In this document: piece after piece, positions 42,654 to 52,305 of the stretch
Layout: each line of letters starts with the position of its first letter
How positions within the stretch are numbered: the first letter of the stretch is position 1
Source: an uncultured Collinsella sp.
Lineage (GTDB): Bacteria; Actinomycetota; Coriobacteriia; Coriobacteriales; Coriobacteriaceae
Reading direction: 5' to 3'
Assembly (NCBI GenBank): GCA_900751695.1
Contig: CAADSS010000011.1
Location: forward strand, 3,052 to 67,051
DNA length: 64,000 nucleotides
Program-made: the position numbers and the translations under genes
The notes under the pieces: generated by a model
What the model saw: the letters and a program-made list of their open reading frames with translations, nothing else
The model's database searches: none
Told to the model about the DNA's origin: nothing

Positions 42654-45600
42654 CTAGCGCTTACGGATACCCCAGACCAGGGCTCCGACGCCGGCCGTGG
42701 CGATGACAAATGCCATAAGCAGAGCGGCAGCCTGCTGGTCGCCGGTGGCGGGCAGGAAACCCTTGACCGTCTTAACGATGTTCGTCACGGTCTTGGGCGT
42801 GCCGGGATCGGGCGTCGGCACGGGCGTCTCGGGCTTCTTGTACGTGTTGTTGAACACGATACCCTCGACGCTCTTGTCGCCCTTGGTAAAGGCAACGTTC
42901 GCCTTGAGGTTGCCCTCGCCGTCGTCGACCACGTTGACGGTCGCGGTAAAGACGGACTTGTCGTAGGTCATACCGGCCTCGTCGCCCTTGACCTCGCTGA
43001 TGGTGTAGACGTACGTACCGGGCTCGTCGTACTCGAACTTGTCGAAGTTGATCTTGCCGTCGGCATCGTTGGTAACCGTAGACTCGATGTCCTCGCCAAC
43101 GAGCTTAAAGCTAAACTCGTCCTTCTTGAGCTCGCGTCCCTCGAGCACCTTGATGGCGCCGATGGAAACCTGCGTGGGCATGGCGTGATACTTGTTGGTA
43201 AAGCCAGCCGACTCGGTGGTTCCCTCGAGCTTGTGCGTCGCGGTCAGCGTGCCGTCGCCGTTGTCGGAGACGGTGGTCACGACGGTGTAGGTCGTGCCGT
43301 CATAGGTGACGCCCTTGTACAGGCCGAGCGCGTTGGGGCAAGCCTCGCGCAGCGTGTACGTGTGCGTACCGGGCGCCTCGTAGCGGATCGGGCTCAGCGT
43401 AACGTTACCGTTGGCGTCGTTGGTGCCACTAGCGACAGTCACGCCGTCCTCGAGCAGCTCAAACGTGAACTCGCCAGCTGCAAGGTCGCGGCCGGTCAGA
43501 CGCTTAACCGTCTTGACCTGATCGGTCACGGAAGAATCGGTAGGTGCCACGCCGTACGTGTTGGTGAACGTAAAGGCCGCACCGTCGCCGCCGTCGCGCT
43601 TGACGATCAGATGTCCGGCACCGTCATCGGTCACGGTGTAGGAAACCTTGCGCGTGGCGTTGGTGTCGTTGGTCACGCCAGGGGCGCTACCGGACTCGGC
43701 CACCGTGTAGGTAAAGGTGTGCGAGCGCGGGGCAGCGGGATCTGCGGGCTCGGACTCGTCGCTGGGCTCGTCGGCGTTGGCATCAGCGTCGGCGTCGGCC
43801 TCTTCAGCCTCTGCCTCGTCGGCCTCAGCCTCGTCAGCTTCGTCTGCCTCGGCCTTATCGGTCGCATCGTCCGTCACGCCCAGGGCGCGGTTGAGGTCCT
43901 CGAGCGTAAAGTGGATCTTGCCAAAGTCCACGTTGCCGGCCGCGTCGTTGGTTGCGGTCGTGCGCTCGGGCATCGGGGCACCCGCCTCGTCAGCGGTCAC
44001 GGTAAAGGTAAACTTACCCGCGATGTCGGCCGGGGCCAGGCCCTCGGCTGCCTGGAGCTTCTTGGTGCCGATGAGTGCGGCATCCACGGCCTCGGCGCCG
44101 TAGACGTTTTCGAACAAGGGCTCGACGCCACCGTAGTCGACCGTTGCCGTCAGGGTACCGTCACCGTTGTCGACAACGATAACCTTAAAGCCAAAGCTCC
44201 ACGTTGTAGCGGAAACGCCATTCGGCAGCCCGAATAAATCTTCGTAGGCCGTGTAGTTAATGGTCCAAGCGAGCTTACCGTCCTTGTCGGTACGATGGGC
44301 AAGCCCAGCCGCCTCAAGATTGGCAAGCATCTCGGTGTCGTAGTGCAGCGCATCAAAGCTCACATGCCCACCGATATTAGGCTTGAGGTTTTCGTAGCCC
44401 ACAAGCTCGCCCTGATAGGCAATGCCGAACCAGAACTCGCCGTCGGCCATCGGACGACCGGTCAGGGTCTTGGTGGCGACAACCTGAGCAGCGGTACCAC
44501 CAGGCGTATTGGTCGTAGCGCTGTAGCTGTTGTGGAACGGAACCAGGGCACTCTCGACCTTGTTCTCACCGCTCTTGTGGACCGTCGTATGCGTACCCTC
44601 GGGACCGCCGGAGACGGTCGTCGTGGCGGTAAGCGTACCGGCACCGTCATCGGCGACGGCGATCGTCACGGTACGCACGGCGTCGTCGTAGGTGTAACCG
44701 GGCTTGCCATCATTCTTCTCGGCTACGGTGTACGTGAAGGTCTTGCCGGCGTCAGCCTGCGTAAACTTGACCTCATGGCCAGCCAGGATGTCGATCAGGC
44801 CGACCGTTGCCTCTGCCGTCGCAGGGGACTTGAAGTTGTTGGCTCCGGGCAGCAGGCCAAGCGCGTTGGCCGAGGCCTCGTCGGCAGGCGTCACGGTAAA
44901 CGTGAACTGACCCTCAGTCATAGGACGTCCGGAGAGGCTCTTGCTGAGCTTGAGGCCGCCGGCCGCGGTGTAGTTAAGCTCAGTGCGGTATGTGTTGGTG
45001 AAGCGTCCGTTTTCCTTCTTGGTGACATTGGCGGTCAGCTTGCCCTCGCCGTCCTCAGTCACGGTCACTTCGGCGGTCGCGACATGCCCGTCATACGCCA
45101 TGCCGGCCGCGTTACCCGCGTTCTCGCGGATCTCGTACGTGTAGGTTCCGGCAGCCGTGTAGTGGATCTTGCCGAACTTGATGGCGGCGATGCCATCCTT
45201 CGCGTACTTCTTGCTCACAGTTACGGTTGCGGGATCGGGCAGCGGGGCGCCCTCAGGAGCGGTGATGGTAAAGCTGAACTTGTCCCCCTCAGTCCACTCT
45301 CGGCCGTCAATGGCCTTGCTCAGGCCAAAGTCGAGCTCTGCATCGAGCGGGGTCACATTGTAGGTGTTCTTGAACTCGGCGGGCTCGGTGCCCTTCAGGA
45401 CATGCTCGGCCTTGAGGGTGCCGTCGCCGTTGTCGGTGATGGTGGTCTCGATAGTGTACTTGGCGTCGCTGTACGTGATGCCCTTGCTGGTGGTTCCGCC
45501 GTTGGCCTCGCGCAGCGTGTAGGTGTGCTTGCCGGGCTTGTCGTACTTCACGGGGCTCATCGTGATCTTGCCATCGGCGGCGTTCTTGCCGGTGGCGACG

Positions 45601-48600
45601 ACCTTGGCGTCCTCGCCCTCGCCCTCGACGAGCTCGAAGGAGAACTCGCCCTCAGCCATGTCGCGGCCGGTCAGGACCTTAGTCGCGGTAATCTGGTCGG
45701 TGACACTCGTCTCGACAGGCGTCACGTTATAGGTATTGGTGAACGTAAATGCCACATCGCCGTCCGGCTTGTGGGATACGCTCAGATTGCCCTTGCCGTC
45801 ATCAGTCACGGTGAAGGAAACCTCGCGCGACAGCTTGGCGTCGTTGGTCACGCCAGCGACCTCGCCGGACTCGGTCACGGTGTAGGTAAAGGTGTGCTCG
45901 CGCTTTTCGGGCTTCTCGCCCAGAGCCTTGTTAATGTCGTCGAGCGTAAAGGTAATCTTGCCAAAGTCGACCTTGCCCTTGGCATCATTGGTAACGCTCG
46001 CGTTCGCGGGCATGGGTGCGCCCTCTTCACCGGTCACGGTAAAGGTGAACTTGCCGGCAATGTCAGCCGGGGTCAGGCCCTTAGGAACCTGCAGATTCTT
46101 CTTGCCCGCAAGCGATGCCTCGGCAGGCGCGGCAGTGTAGGTGTTCACGAACTCGTTGCCGGCATCGCCGTAGACAGCCGTCGCCGTCAGGGTACCATCG
46201 CCGTTGTCGACAACGGTTACACATGCGTCAATTGCCGACACGGTGGCGCTCACGCCCGCAGGCAGCTTGCCGGTCTGCTCGGCAGCAATGTAATGAATGG
46301 TCCACGTCGGTTTGTCTGAGCTAGCATCAAGCGATGCCTTGTCTTCCTCGACCAGCTTGGCGAGCGACTTGGTCGTGTACGTCAGCGGACCGAACTCAAC
46401 CTTGCCACCCTTGTTGGTTGCATCCAGCAGAACCTCGTCGTGCCCCGCATAGCTCAGCGCAAACTTAAATTCGTCATCGGCCATCGGGCGCCCCGTGAGC
46501 GTCTTGGTTGCCTCAAGAGTCAGCGAGGTTTCCGTCTTGGCGCTATAGGTGTTCTTGAACTCGGTCTCGCCCGAGATCTTTTCAACGTCAGCCTTAAGCC
46601 CACCCGTGGCCTTAACCGCCACGGTCACCTTGAACGTGGCAACGTTCTTGCTGTAGGTGATGCCACCAGCGTCGCCCTTGACCTCGCGGACCTCATAGGT
46701 GTACTCGCCCGGCTTGGCATAAGTAATCTTGCCAAAGTTAATGGCTGCCTTGCCCTTGTCGAGATTGGCATTGGTCACGGTCGCGGTCGCGGGTGCGGGC
46801 ATCGGGGCGTCATTCTCGGACGTCGCGGAGAGCTCAAACTTAAACTTGTCCGTATCCGTCCACTCGCGACCCTCGAGCACCTTGATCAGGCCAAAGCTCG
46901 TCTTGGTATCCACCGTTGCCGGCGTCACGTTAAAGCTGATCTTGCCGTTGTTGCCCAGGTAGAAATTGACATGCGTCGCGGTCGCCTTGGCGGACACGTT
47001 GTTCCACTTGGGGTTGAGAACGTCGGTCGCGGTACCAGTGTTGTTGCTGCCCACACTCTCCTTGGTGGTGTGGAGCTCGTCGATAAAGGCTAGGCGCGCG
47101 GTTCCCACGCTAAACGAAAGGTTGCCGTCCTCGTCAGCAACAATAGCACCGTCAAACTTCGCAGCGTCGCCGCCGATAAACTCGATGACGGCAGAGGCGG
47201 GCTTGGCCTCGCCGTTTTCGCCCTGCTCCTCAAACTCATCCTTGTAGTAATAGGTGCCGGTATCTGCCAGCGAATTCTTTGCAGGCTGCGTGCGGTCCTT
47301 GTCCGTGTAAATAGGGGTCTGTTTCTGGAAGTAGTAGTAGCGGTTGGTGTCGGCCGGCTCAAAGGTCGCAACCGTATTGCCCAGATCGCCGGCAGCCCAC
47401 TTGTTCGCGTAGAAATTCACGGTCTTGGCGCCGTTGGCAACGGTCGTATTGTTCTCGATGTAATCCTTGAGCCCCGTTACCTTCTCGGGCGTAAACAGGT
47501 TGTCGAGCGCAGTGCTCTTCACGCTCGAGGTGTACTTCACGCGGATAGGCTGAGCGCTGTCGACCGAAAGCTTGCCGTCTACGGTCTTAAAGTGGCTCAG
47601 CGGAATCAACGACGCAGGAATGCTGACCGTTACGACATCGCCCTTCTGGGGATTGTCATCACCAGCACGCTGCACGGTAATGAGCAGGTCTTTTGCTTTA
47701 CCATCGAACTCGTACGTATCGGTCTTGGTTTCTTTGTTGACCGTCTTGCTCGCCTTGGTAAACGGCGTGCCGTTGATGACGACCTTGGTGAAGCTGTCGA
47801 CCTGCATAAAGTCGCCCAGCTCATCGGTAAACGTGATGTAACCGGACTTGGTCGCGTCGTAGCCCTTATCAATTTCGGTCGGATAAGGCGCCTCCGATGT
47901 GATGGCCTGTGAGATGTCGTCGAAGACCTTCTTGAGCTCTTCGGCATCGGTCGCCGACTTGTAGTAGTCGGATTTTTCCGCGCGTGCACCATGAGCGTCC
48001 CATGCCGTGGCATTGGGGTAGTTGCTCGAAACGGCCTGCATGAACTTGTTCTCTTTTTGGCTTTTTCCCGAATCCTGGATACCAGCACTGGGGTTCGCGC
48101 CATCAAAGATGCCGATGGTATAAACGGTGGCCTTGCCGTCCTTCATATTCTTAGCAGCTGTCACGGCAGCGTTGGCGACACCCGCATCGAATTTATTTTG
48201 CTTTGTTGGCGTACCGTCGGTAAAGAACACAATAATCTTCTTGGCGTCTTTGCGGCCATAAGTGGTAGTGATTTTCTCGGCCAGCTCTAGGCCATAGTCG
48301 GCGCGCGTGGCGCCGGCAGGCTGAATTTGATTAATTGTATTCTTCTTGAGATCATCCGCATTGCCGCCGGAACAGTAGGTCAATTCTTTCATAACCTGGG
48401 TGTAATTGTAGGAGTACCCTCCGTCGCGATACATATTGTTGCCGATATCGTTGGACTTCTTGCCCGCAAACTTAACAATGGCAACCCTATGCTGCCTATT
48501 GACGCCCTCGATGCTCTCATTTTGTTTTGCGATGGTATCGATAAAGCTGTTCGCAGCACTCTTCAGCGCATCGATACGCTTAGGTGAATCTCCGCCGCCC

Positions 48601-48989
48601 ATATGATCATCCATCGAGCCAGAGGCGTCCAGCACCATCACGATGTCAAGCGGCGTGGTGACTGTCACGGTTGAATTAGACGTCGAGGACATCGCCGAAA
48701 GCGTAGTCAGGAAGTCCGACTCTTCGTTTCCCTCGGTTGCCATGACCGTCTTGTCGGTCCAGATTCGACCGACGTTTTGAGTCGTCACCTTATTGCCGCT
48801 GTGGCCGGCCGCCCATTTTTCCCAGCGTCCGCTGGTGTCGGGGTCGACGACCGGTCCGCTCACCGCCGGTCCGTCCATTCCTGTGCTGGACCTAGCGTTG
48901 GCCTCGGGCAGCATGGCGAATGCTGCGGCTGGCAATACCAGCACTACGGCCAGTATCACCGCCAAGAGACCCCTCGTGTACTTACTCAT
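42654..48989 (-). CDS. Sortase-anchored adhesin: signal peptide, vWA domain, ~10 Spy0128/FctA-like repeats, LPATG
   Basis: MIDAS DASGS..T..TDG; repeated K..GR..F.F / Y.E / F.N.Y units; LPATG + TM + RKR. Confidence 0.9.
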   Translation of the reverse strand: MSKYTRGLLAVILAVVLVLPAAAFAMLPEANARSSTGMDGPAVSGPVVDPDTSGRWEKWAAGHSGNKVTTQNVGRIWTDKTVMATEGNEESDFLTTLSAMSSTSNSTVTVTTPLDIVMVLDASGSMDDHMGGGDSPKRIDALKSAANSFIDTIAKQNESIEGVNRQHRVAIVKFAGKKSNDIGNNMYRDGGYSYNYTQVMKELTYCSGGNADDLKKNTINQIQPAGATRADYGLELAEKITTTYGRKDAKKIIVFFTDGTPTKQNKFDAGVANAAVTAAKNMKDGKATVYTIGIFDGANPSAGIQDSGKSQKENKFMQAVSSNYPNATAWDAHGARAEKSDYYKSATDAEELKKVFDDISQAITSEAPYPTEIDKGYDATKSGYITFTDELGDFMQVDSFTKVVINGTPFTKASKTVNKETKTDTYEFDGKAKDLLITVQRAGDDNPQKGDVVTVSIPASLIPLSHFKTVDGKLSVDSAQPIRVKYTSSVKSTALDNLFTPEKVTGLKDYIENNTTVANGAKTVNFYANKWAAGDLGNTVATFEPADTNRYYYFQKQTPIYTDKDRTQPAKNSLADTGTYYYKDEFEEQGENGEAKPASAVIEFIGGDAAKFDGAIVADEDGNLSFSVGTARLAFIDELHTTKESVGSNNTGTATDVLNPKWNNVSAKATATHVNFYLGNNGKISFNVTPATVDTKTSFGLIKVLEGREWTDTDKFKFELSATSENDAPMPAPATATVTNANLDKGKAAINFGKITYAKPGEYTYEVREVKGDAGGITYSKNVATFKVTVAVKATGGLKADVEKISGETEFKNTYSAKTETSLTLEATKTLTGRPMADDEFKFALSYAGHDEVLLDATNKGGKVEFGPLTYTTKSLAKLVEEDKASLDASSDKPTWTIHYIAAEQTGKLPAGVSATVSAIDACVTVVDNGDGTLTATAVYGDAGNEFVNTYTAAPAEASLAGKKNLQVPKGLTPADIAGKFTFTVTGEEGAPMPANASVTNDAKGKVDFGKITFTLDDINKALGEKPEKREHTFTYTVTESGEVAGVTNDAKLSREVSFTVTDDGKGNLSVSHKPDGDVAFTFTNTYNVTPVETSVTDQITATKVLTGRDMAEGEFSFELVEGEGEDAKVVATGKNAADGKITMSPVKYDKPGKHTYTLREANGGTTSKGITYSDAKYTIETTITDNGDGTLKAEHVLKGTEPAEFKNTYNVTPLDAELDFGLSKAIDGREWTEGDKFSFTITAPEGAPLPDPATVTVSKKYAKDGIAAIKFGKIHYTAAGTYTYEIRENAGNAAGMAYDGHVATAEVTVTEDGEGKLTANVTKKENGRFTNTYRTELNYTAAGGLKLSKSLSGRPMTEGQFTFTVTPADEASANALGLLPGANNFKSPATAEATVGLIDILAGHEVKFTQADAGKTFTYTVAEKNDGKPGYTYDDAVRTVTIAVADDGAGTLTATTTVSGGPEGTHTTVHKSGENKVESALVPFHNSYSATTNTPGGTAAQVVATKTLTGRPMADGEFWFGIAYQGELVGYENLKPNIGGHVSFDALHYDTEMLANLEAAGLAHRTDKDGKLAWTINYTAYEDLFGLPNGVSATTWSFGFKVIVVDNGDGTLTATVDYGGVEPLFENVYGAEAVDAALIGTKKLQAAEGLAPADIAGKFTFTVTADEAGAPMPERTTATNDAAGNVDFGKIHFTLEDLNRALGVTDDATDKAEADEADEAEADEAEAEEADADADANADEPSDESEPADPAAPRSHTFTYTVAESGSAPGVTNDTNATRKVSYTVTDDGAGHLIVKRDGGDGAAFTFTNTYGVAPTDSSVTDQVKTVKRLTGRDLAAGEFTFELLEDGVTVASGTNDANGNVTLSPIRYEAPGTHTYTLREACPNALGLYKGVTYDGTTYTVVTTVSDNGDGTLTATHKLEGTTESAGFTNKYHAMPTQVSIGAIKVLEGRELKKDEFSFKLVGEDIESTVTNDADGKINFDKFEYDEPGTYVYTISEVKGDEAGMTYDKSVFTATVNVVDDGEGNLKANVAFTKGDKSVEGIVFNNTYKKPETPVPTPDPGTPKTVTNIVKTVKGFLPATGDQQAAALLMAFVIATAGVGALVWGIRKR

Positions 48990-49304
48990 CGCGTCTCCCT
49001 TCTCGCGGTCTCAGACCTTGCAACAGCCTAAAGTTACGAAATGAGACACAATTTGGGCAGGTGACACACGTTCCAGATTTGATTTTGGGCGTGAGACAAA
49101 TGTCTCACCAAAGTTGAGACATGAGAGTTTTCGCAGGAAAACGGGTGCGACTCGGAGCCGACAGGCCAAAATGATCCGTTTTCCCCCGTCTCCGGGGGCC
49201 CATTTCGTGGCAGACGGGTCACGCGGCAGTCCTCGCAAGGCAAAAATGATTCGTTTTCCTCCGTCCTTGGGGGATCAAGGGCTGTTACTGATATGGTGCC
49301 ATTT

Positions 49305-49457
49305 CAAAACTATGCCGGATTACGGGGCTAAAGTCGGGGCCCTCATCCATACCCTCATTTTTTGAAAAACGGCAGGCTATCTACCTGCGGTTTTGTTTTT
49401 GCGATTTCGGTATGGTCGGAGGTTCGCTATCCAGCTCCGTAAACCGGCATAGTTTTG
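49305..49457. repeat. Direct-repeat copy of the 42117-42270 element
   Basis: Same terminal IR (2 mismatches between arms), same core and flanks (ccattt, ttcg.gcggccc). Confidence 0.88.
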
Positions 49458-49531
49458 TTCGTGGCGGCCCAACCGCGCGTTCACGCGCGGGGCCGGTGGG
49501 GCATTTTTGCCCCACCGGCCCCATCCAAACG

Positions 49532-49873
49532 CTACTCCGGCTTGGTTTCTACCGTGGGGGTCTTGTCCGCTGCGACTGGGGTGCGGGCGGTGTCCATAGT
49601 CAGGCAGTGCTTGGGGCAGCTCTCGATGCACTCACCGCACACCACACAGGCATACGGGTCGATCGACCACGTTCCACCCTTGCGATCGACCGCGAGCGCG
49701 CCCGCCGGACAGCGACGCGTACACATGCCGCAGCAGATACACACGTCCATGTCGTTGACGATATGCCCGCGCAAGCGCTCGGGTGCCGCGAGCTTCTCCT
49801 GCGGATAGCACACCGTTACCGGCTGCTTGACCATAGAGCCCAAGGCCGTCTTGGCAAATGTCAGCAAACTCAT
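49532..49873 (-). CDS. echF: Ech hydrogenase 2x[4Fe-4S] subunit
   Basis: RLRGH, CICCGMCTRRCP, CVVCGECIESCP. Confidence 0.85.
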   Translation of the reverse strand: MSLLTFAKTALGSMVKQPVTVCYPQEKLAAPERLRGHIVNDMDVCICCGMCTRRCPAGALAVDRKGGTWSIDPYACVVCGECIESCPKHCLTMDTARTPVAADKTPTVETKPE

Positions 49874-49880
49874 GCCGCGC

Positions 49881-50969
49881 CTACCTTTCCGTGCAGCTAA
49901 TGCAGGGGTCGATGGTCAGGATAATCATGGGCACGTTGGCAAGGAGTACGCCCTGCAGCGCATGCGTCAGACCCGCCAAGTTCTGCGACGTCGGCGTGCG
50001 CACGCGGAAACGGTCCAGGTTCTTGGTGCCGTTGCCGCGCACATAGTAATACGCCTCGCCGCGCGGCTGCTCAATCACAACCTCGCCGCGCGCGCCGTCG
50101 GCCGGCGTAAGCTTGGTGCGCCCGCCAATCCCGTCGTGCGGAATCTTGCCCACAAGCTCCTTAATGATGTCCATGGCCTGCGTGACCTCGGCGCAACGCA
50201 CCTGGCAGCGGGCATAGCAATCGCCATCGGTAGCAACGATGGGCTCAAACGCGGCCAAGTCCGCATAGGCGCCGTCACCGAACATGCGCACGTCGTAGTC
50301 CACGCCCGAGGCGCGGCCGAACGGACCGACCATCGAAAGCTCCAGCGCGTCTTTCTTGCTAATCACGCCCACGCTATGCAGGCGCTCGCCGCAGCTGTTG
50401 TCGTCCAAAAACGTATGCACCAGGGCCTCGTAGTCAGGACGCATGGCATCGAGCATCTGGACAATGCCCGCCAGCTCGGAATCCTCGATATCGTGCTTAA
50501 GGCCGCCGATCTCGTTAATCGACAGGATCACGCGACCGCCGCACGTGCTCTCAAAGATCTTGAGAATCTGCTCGCGCAGCGTCCATGAACGGTAGAACAG
50601 CGCCTCAAAGCCAAAGGCATCGGCGAGCAGGCCCAGCCACAGCAGATGCGAGTGGATGCGCGAAAGCTCATGCAAGATGGTGCGGATATACTGCACGCGA
50701 CCGGGCACCTCGATGTCGAGCATGTGCTCGCAGGCGCTGGCATAGCCACAGCTGTGGCCCACGGCGCAAATGCCGCAGATGCGCTCGGCGATGTAGCCAA
50801 ACTGATGCATGTCGCGCTTTTCGGTGAGCTTCTCGAGTCCGCGGTGCACAAAGCCGATCTGCGGAATTGCCTCGATGACGCGGTCGTCCTCGATCACCAG
50901 GTCCAGATGAAGCGGCTCGGGCAGCACCGGGTGCTGCGGGCCAAACGGAATAACAGAGCGATGTGCCAT
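49881..50969 (-). CDS. echE: Ech [NiFe] hydrogenase large subunit
   Basis: GPQHP, HRGLEK, RICGIC and DPCISC Ni-binding motifs; ends in TER with no cleavable extension. Confidence 0.9.
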   Translation of the reverse strand: MAHRSVIPFGPQHPVLPEPLHLDLVIEDDRVIEAIPQIGFVHRGLEKLTEKRDMHQFGYIAERICGICAVGHSCGYASACEHMLDIEVPGRVQYIRTILHELSRIHSHLLWLGLLADAFGFEALFYRSWTLREQILKIFESTCGGRVILSINEIGGLKHDIEDSELAGIVQMLDAMRPDYEALVHTFLDDNSCGERLHSVGVISKKDALELSMVGPFGRASGVDYDVRMFGDGAYADLAAFEPIVATDGDCYARCQVRCAEVTQAMDIIKELVGKIPHDGIGGRTKLTPADGARGEVVIEQPRGEAYYYVRGNGTKNLDRFRVRTPTSQNLAGLTHALQGVLLANVPMIILTIDPCISCTER

Positions 50970-50974
50970 GGGCC

Positions 50975-51676
50975 TTACGCCTCCTTTTTCTGCTTGTCGC
51001 GGGCGGCCTTGGCGGCAAGCGCCGCACGGACCTTGGCCGCTTTCTCGGGATCCATGGCGGCGAGCTTTGCTTCCATCTCGGCAGCCTTGAGCGCGGCCTT
51101 TGCAGCGGCCTCATCGTGCTGAGCATCGGAGCCGGCAGCCGCAGTGGGCTGAGCAGCGGCACCCGCGGCATCGCCAGCGCCCGTGGCACCCTCCCCCGCA
51201 GCGGCCTTCTCGGCAGCGGCCTTGCGCGCCTTGGCCTCGGCAGCCGCGCGGACCTTCATGGCCTTCTCGCGCGCGGCCTTCACCTCGGGCGTAATAACGC
51301 TCATGGGTTCAGCGGTCGAGACCTGGTAGAAAAAGCCCTTAAAGTCGATCTGCATGTCGGTGATGGCAAGCCCGAACAGGTCGTGTGCCTCATTTTCAAA
51401 CGGGAACACCGCCGGATAGTACGAGCTGATGGACGGAATCTCCTGGTACCGATCAATTCCCTCAACCACCAGGTTCTCGATCGCATAGCTGCCGTCCTGC
51501 GCAATATGCTCCTGAGCAGCACGAACGTCGATAAACGTATAGACCAAGCGATACGATCCGTCGTCCACACAGCGCTCGGCATGCATCTGCACAAAGCGCG
51601 CGCCGACGCCCTTGAGCGCCTGGACATGTGACAGGAGCTCATCGATCCCGACGGTAGTATAGATAGCCTTTTGCAT
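50975..51676 (-). CDS. echD: Ech subunit D (NuoC-like) with Ala/Lys-rich tail
   Basis: IPSISSYYPAVFPFENEAHDLFG. Confidence 0.8.
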   Translation of the reverse strand: MQKAIYTTVGIDELLSHVQALKGVGARFVQMHAERCVDDGSYRLVYTFIDVRAAQEHIAQDGSYAIENLVVEGIDRYQEIPSISSYYPAVFPFENEAHDLFGLAITDMQIDFKGFFYQVSTAEPMSVITPEVKAAREKAMKVRAAAEAKARKAAAEKAAAGEGATGAGDAAGAAAQPTAAAGSDAQHDEAAAKAALKAAEMEAKLAAMDPEKAAKVRAALAAKAARDKQKKEA

Positions 51677-52293
51677 TACTCGGCCTCCTTTGCAGCGGCG
51701 GGCGTCCCAGCAGGTGCGTCGCCAGCGACGAGCGCAGCGGACTTCCCGGCAGACGCGCCACCGGCACCGTCAGCCCCGGCCCCCGCAGCCACAAACCCGT
51801 CCTCGCCCAGCTCAACGCCACCGTCCCAGGTAGCGGCACCGCCCACGGTGAGCGGATCGCCGCCGGCGCGCATCACGGCCTCCTTCTGGTCCAGGATGCC
51901 GCACGCCTCCACAATGGCATCGATCACGGTCTCGGGGCGAACGGCGCACCCGGGCGCGTACACATCCACGGGAATCGCGCGGTCCACGCCGCCGATCACG
52001 TTATAGGCATCGCGAAACACGCCGCCCGAGCACGCGCAGATACCGCATGCCACCACACACTTGGGCTCGAGCATCTGGTTGTAGATCTGGCGCACGACAG
52101 GCAGGTTCTGGGCATTGACCGACCCCGTCACCAAAAAGATATCCGCATGCTTGGGGTTGCCGGTGTTGACCACGCCAAAGCGCTCCGCATCGAACAGCGG
52201 CGTGAGCGAGGCCAGCACCTCGATATCACATCCGTTGCAGCTCGAACCGTCGTAATGAATAACCCACGGCGAGCGCGACATTTTATGATCCAT
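51676..52293 (-). CDS. echC: Ech small subunit (NuoB-like)
   Basis: SCNGCDIE, NPKHAD, GICACSGG, PGC. Confidence 0.9.
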   Translation of the reverse strand: MDHKMSRSPWVIHYDGSSCNGCDIEVLASLTPLFDAERFGVVNTGNPKHADIFLVTGSVNAQNLPVVRQIYNQMLEPKCVVACGICACSGGVFRDAYNVIGGVDRAIPVDVYAPGCAVRPETVIDAIVEACGILDQKEAVMRAGGDPLTVGGAATWDGGVELGEDGFVAAGAGADGAGGASAGKSAALVAGDAPAGTPAAAKEAE

Positions 52294-52305
52294 GGATGCC
52301 GCCTC

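Noticed and set aside
42654..48989. Diversity-generating retroelement or shufflon acting on the adhesin
   Set aside because: No reverse transcriptase, invertase or adenine-specific TR/VR pair; the repeats are ordinary domain duplications
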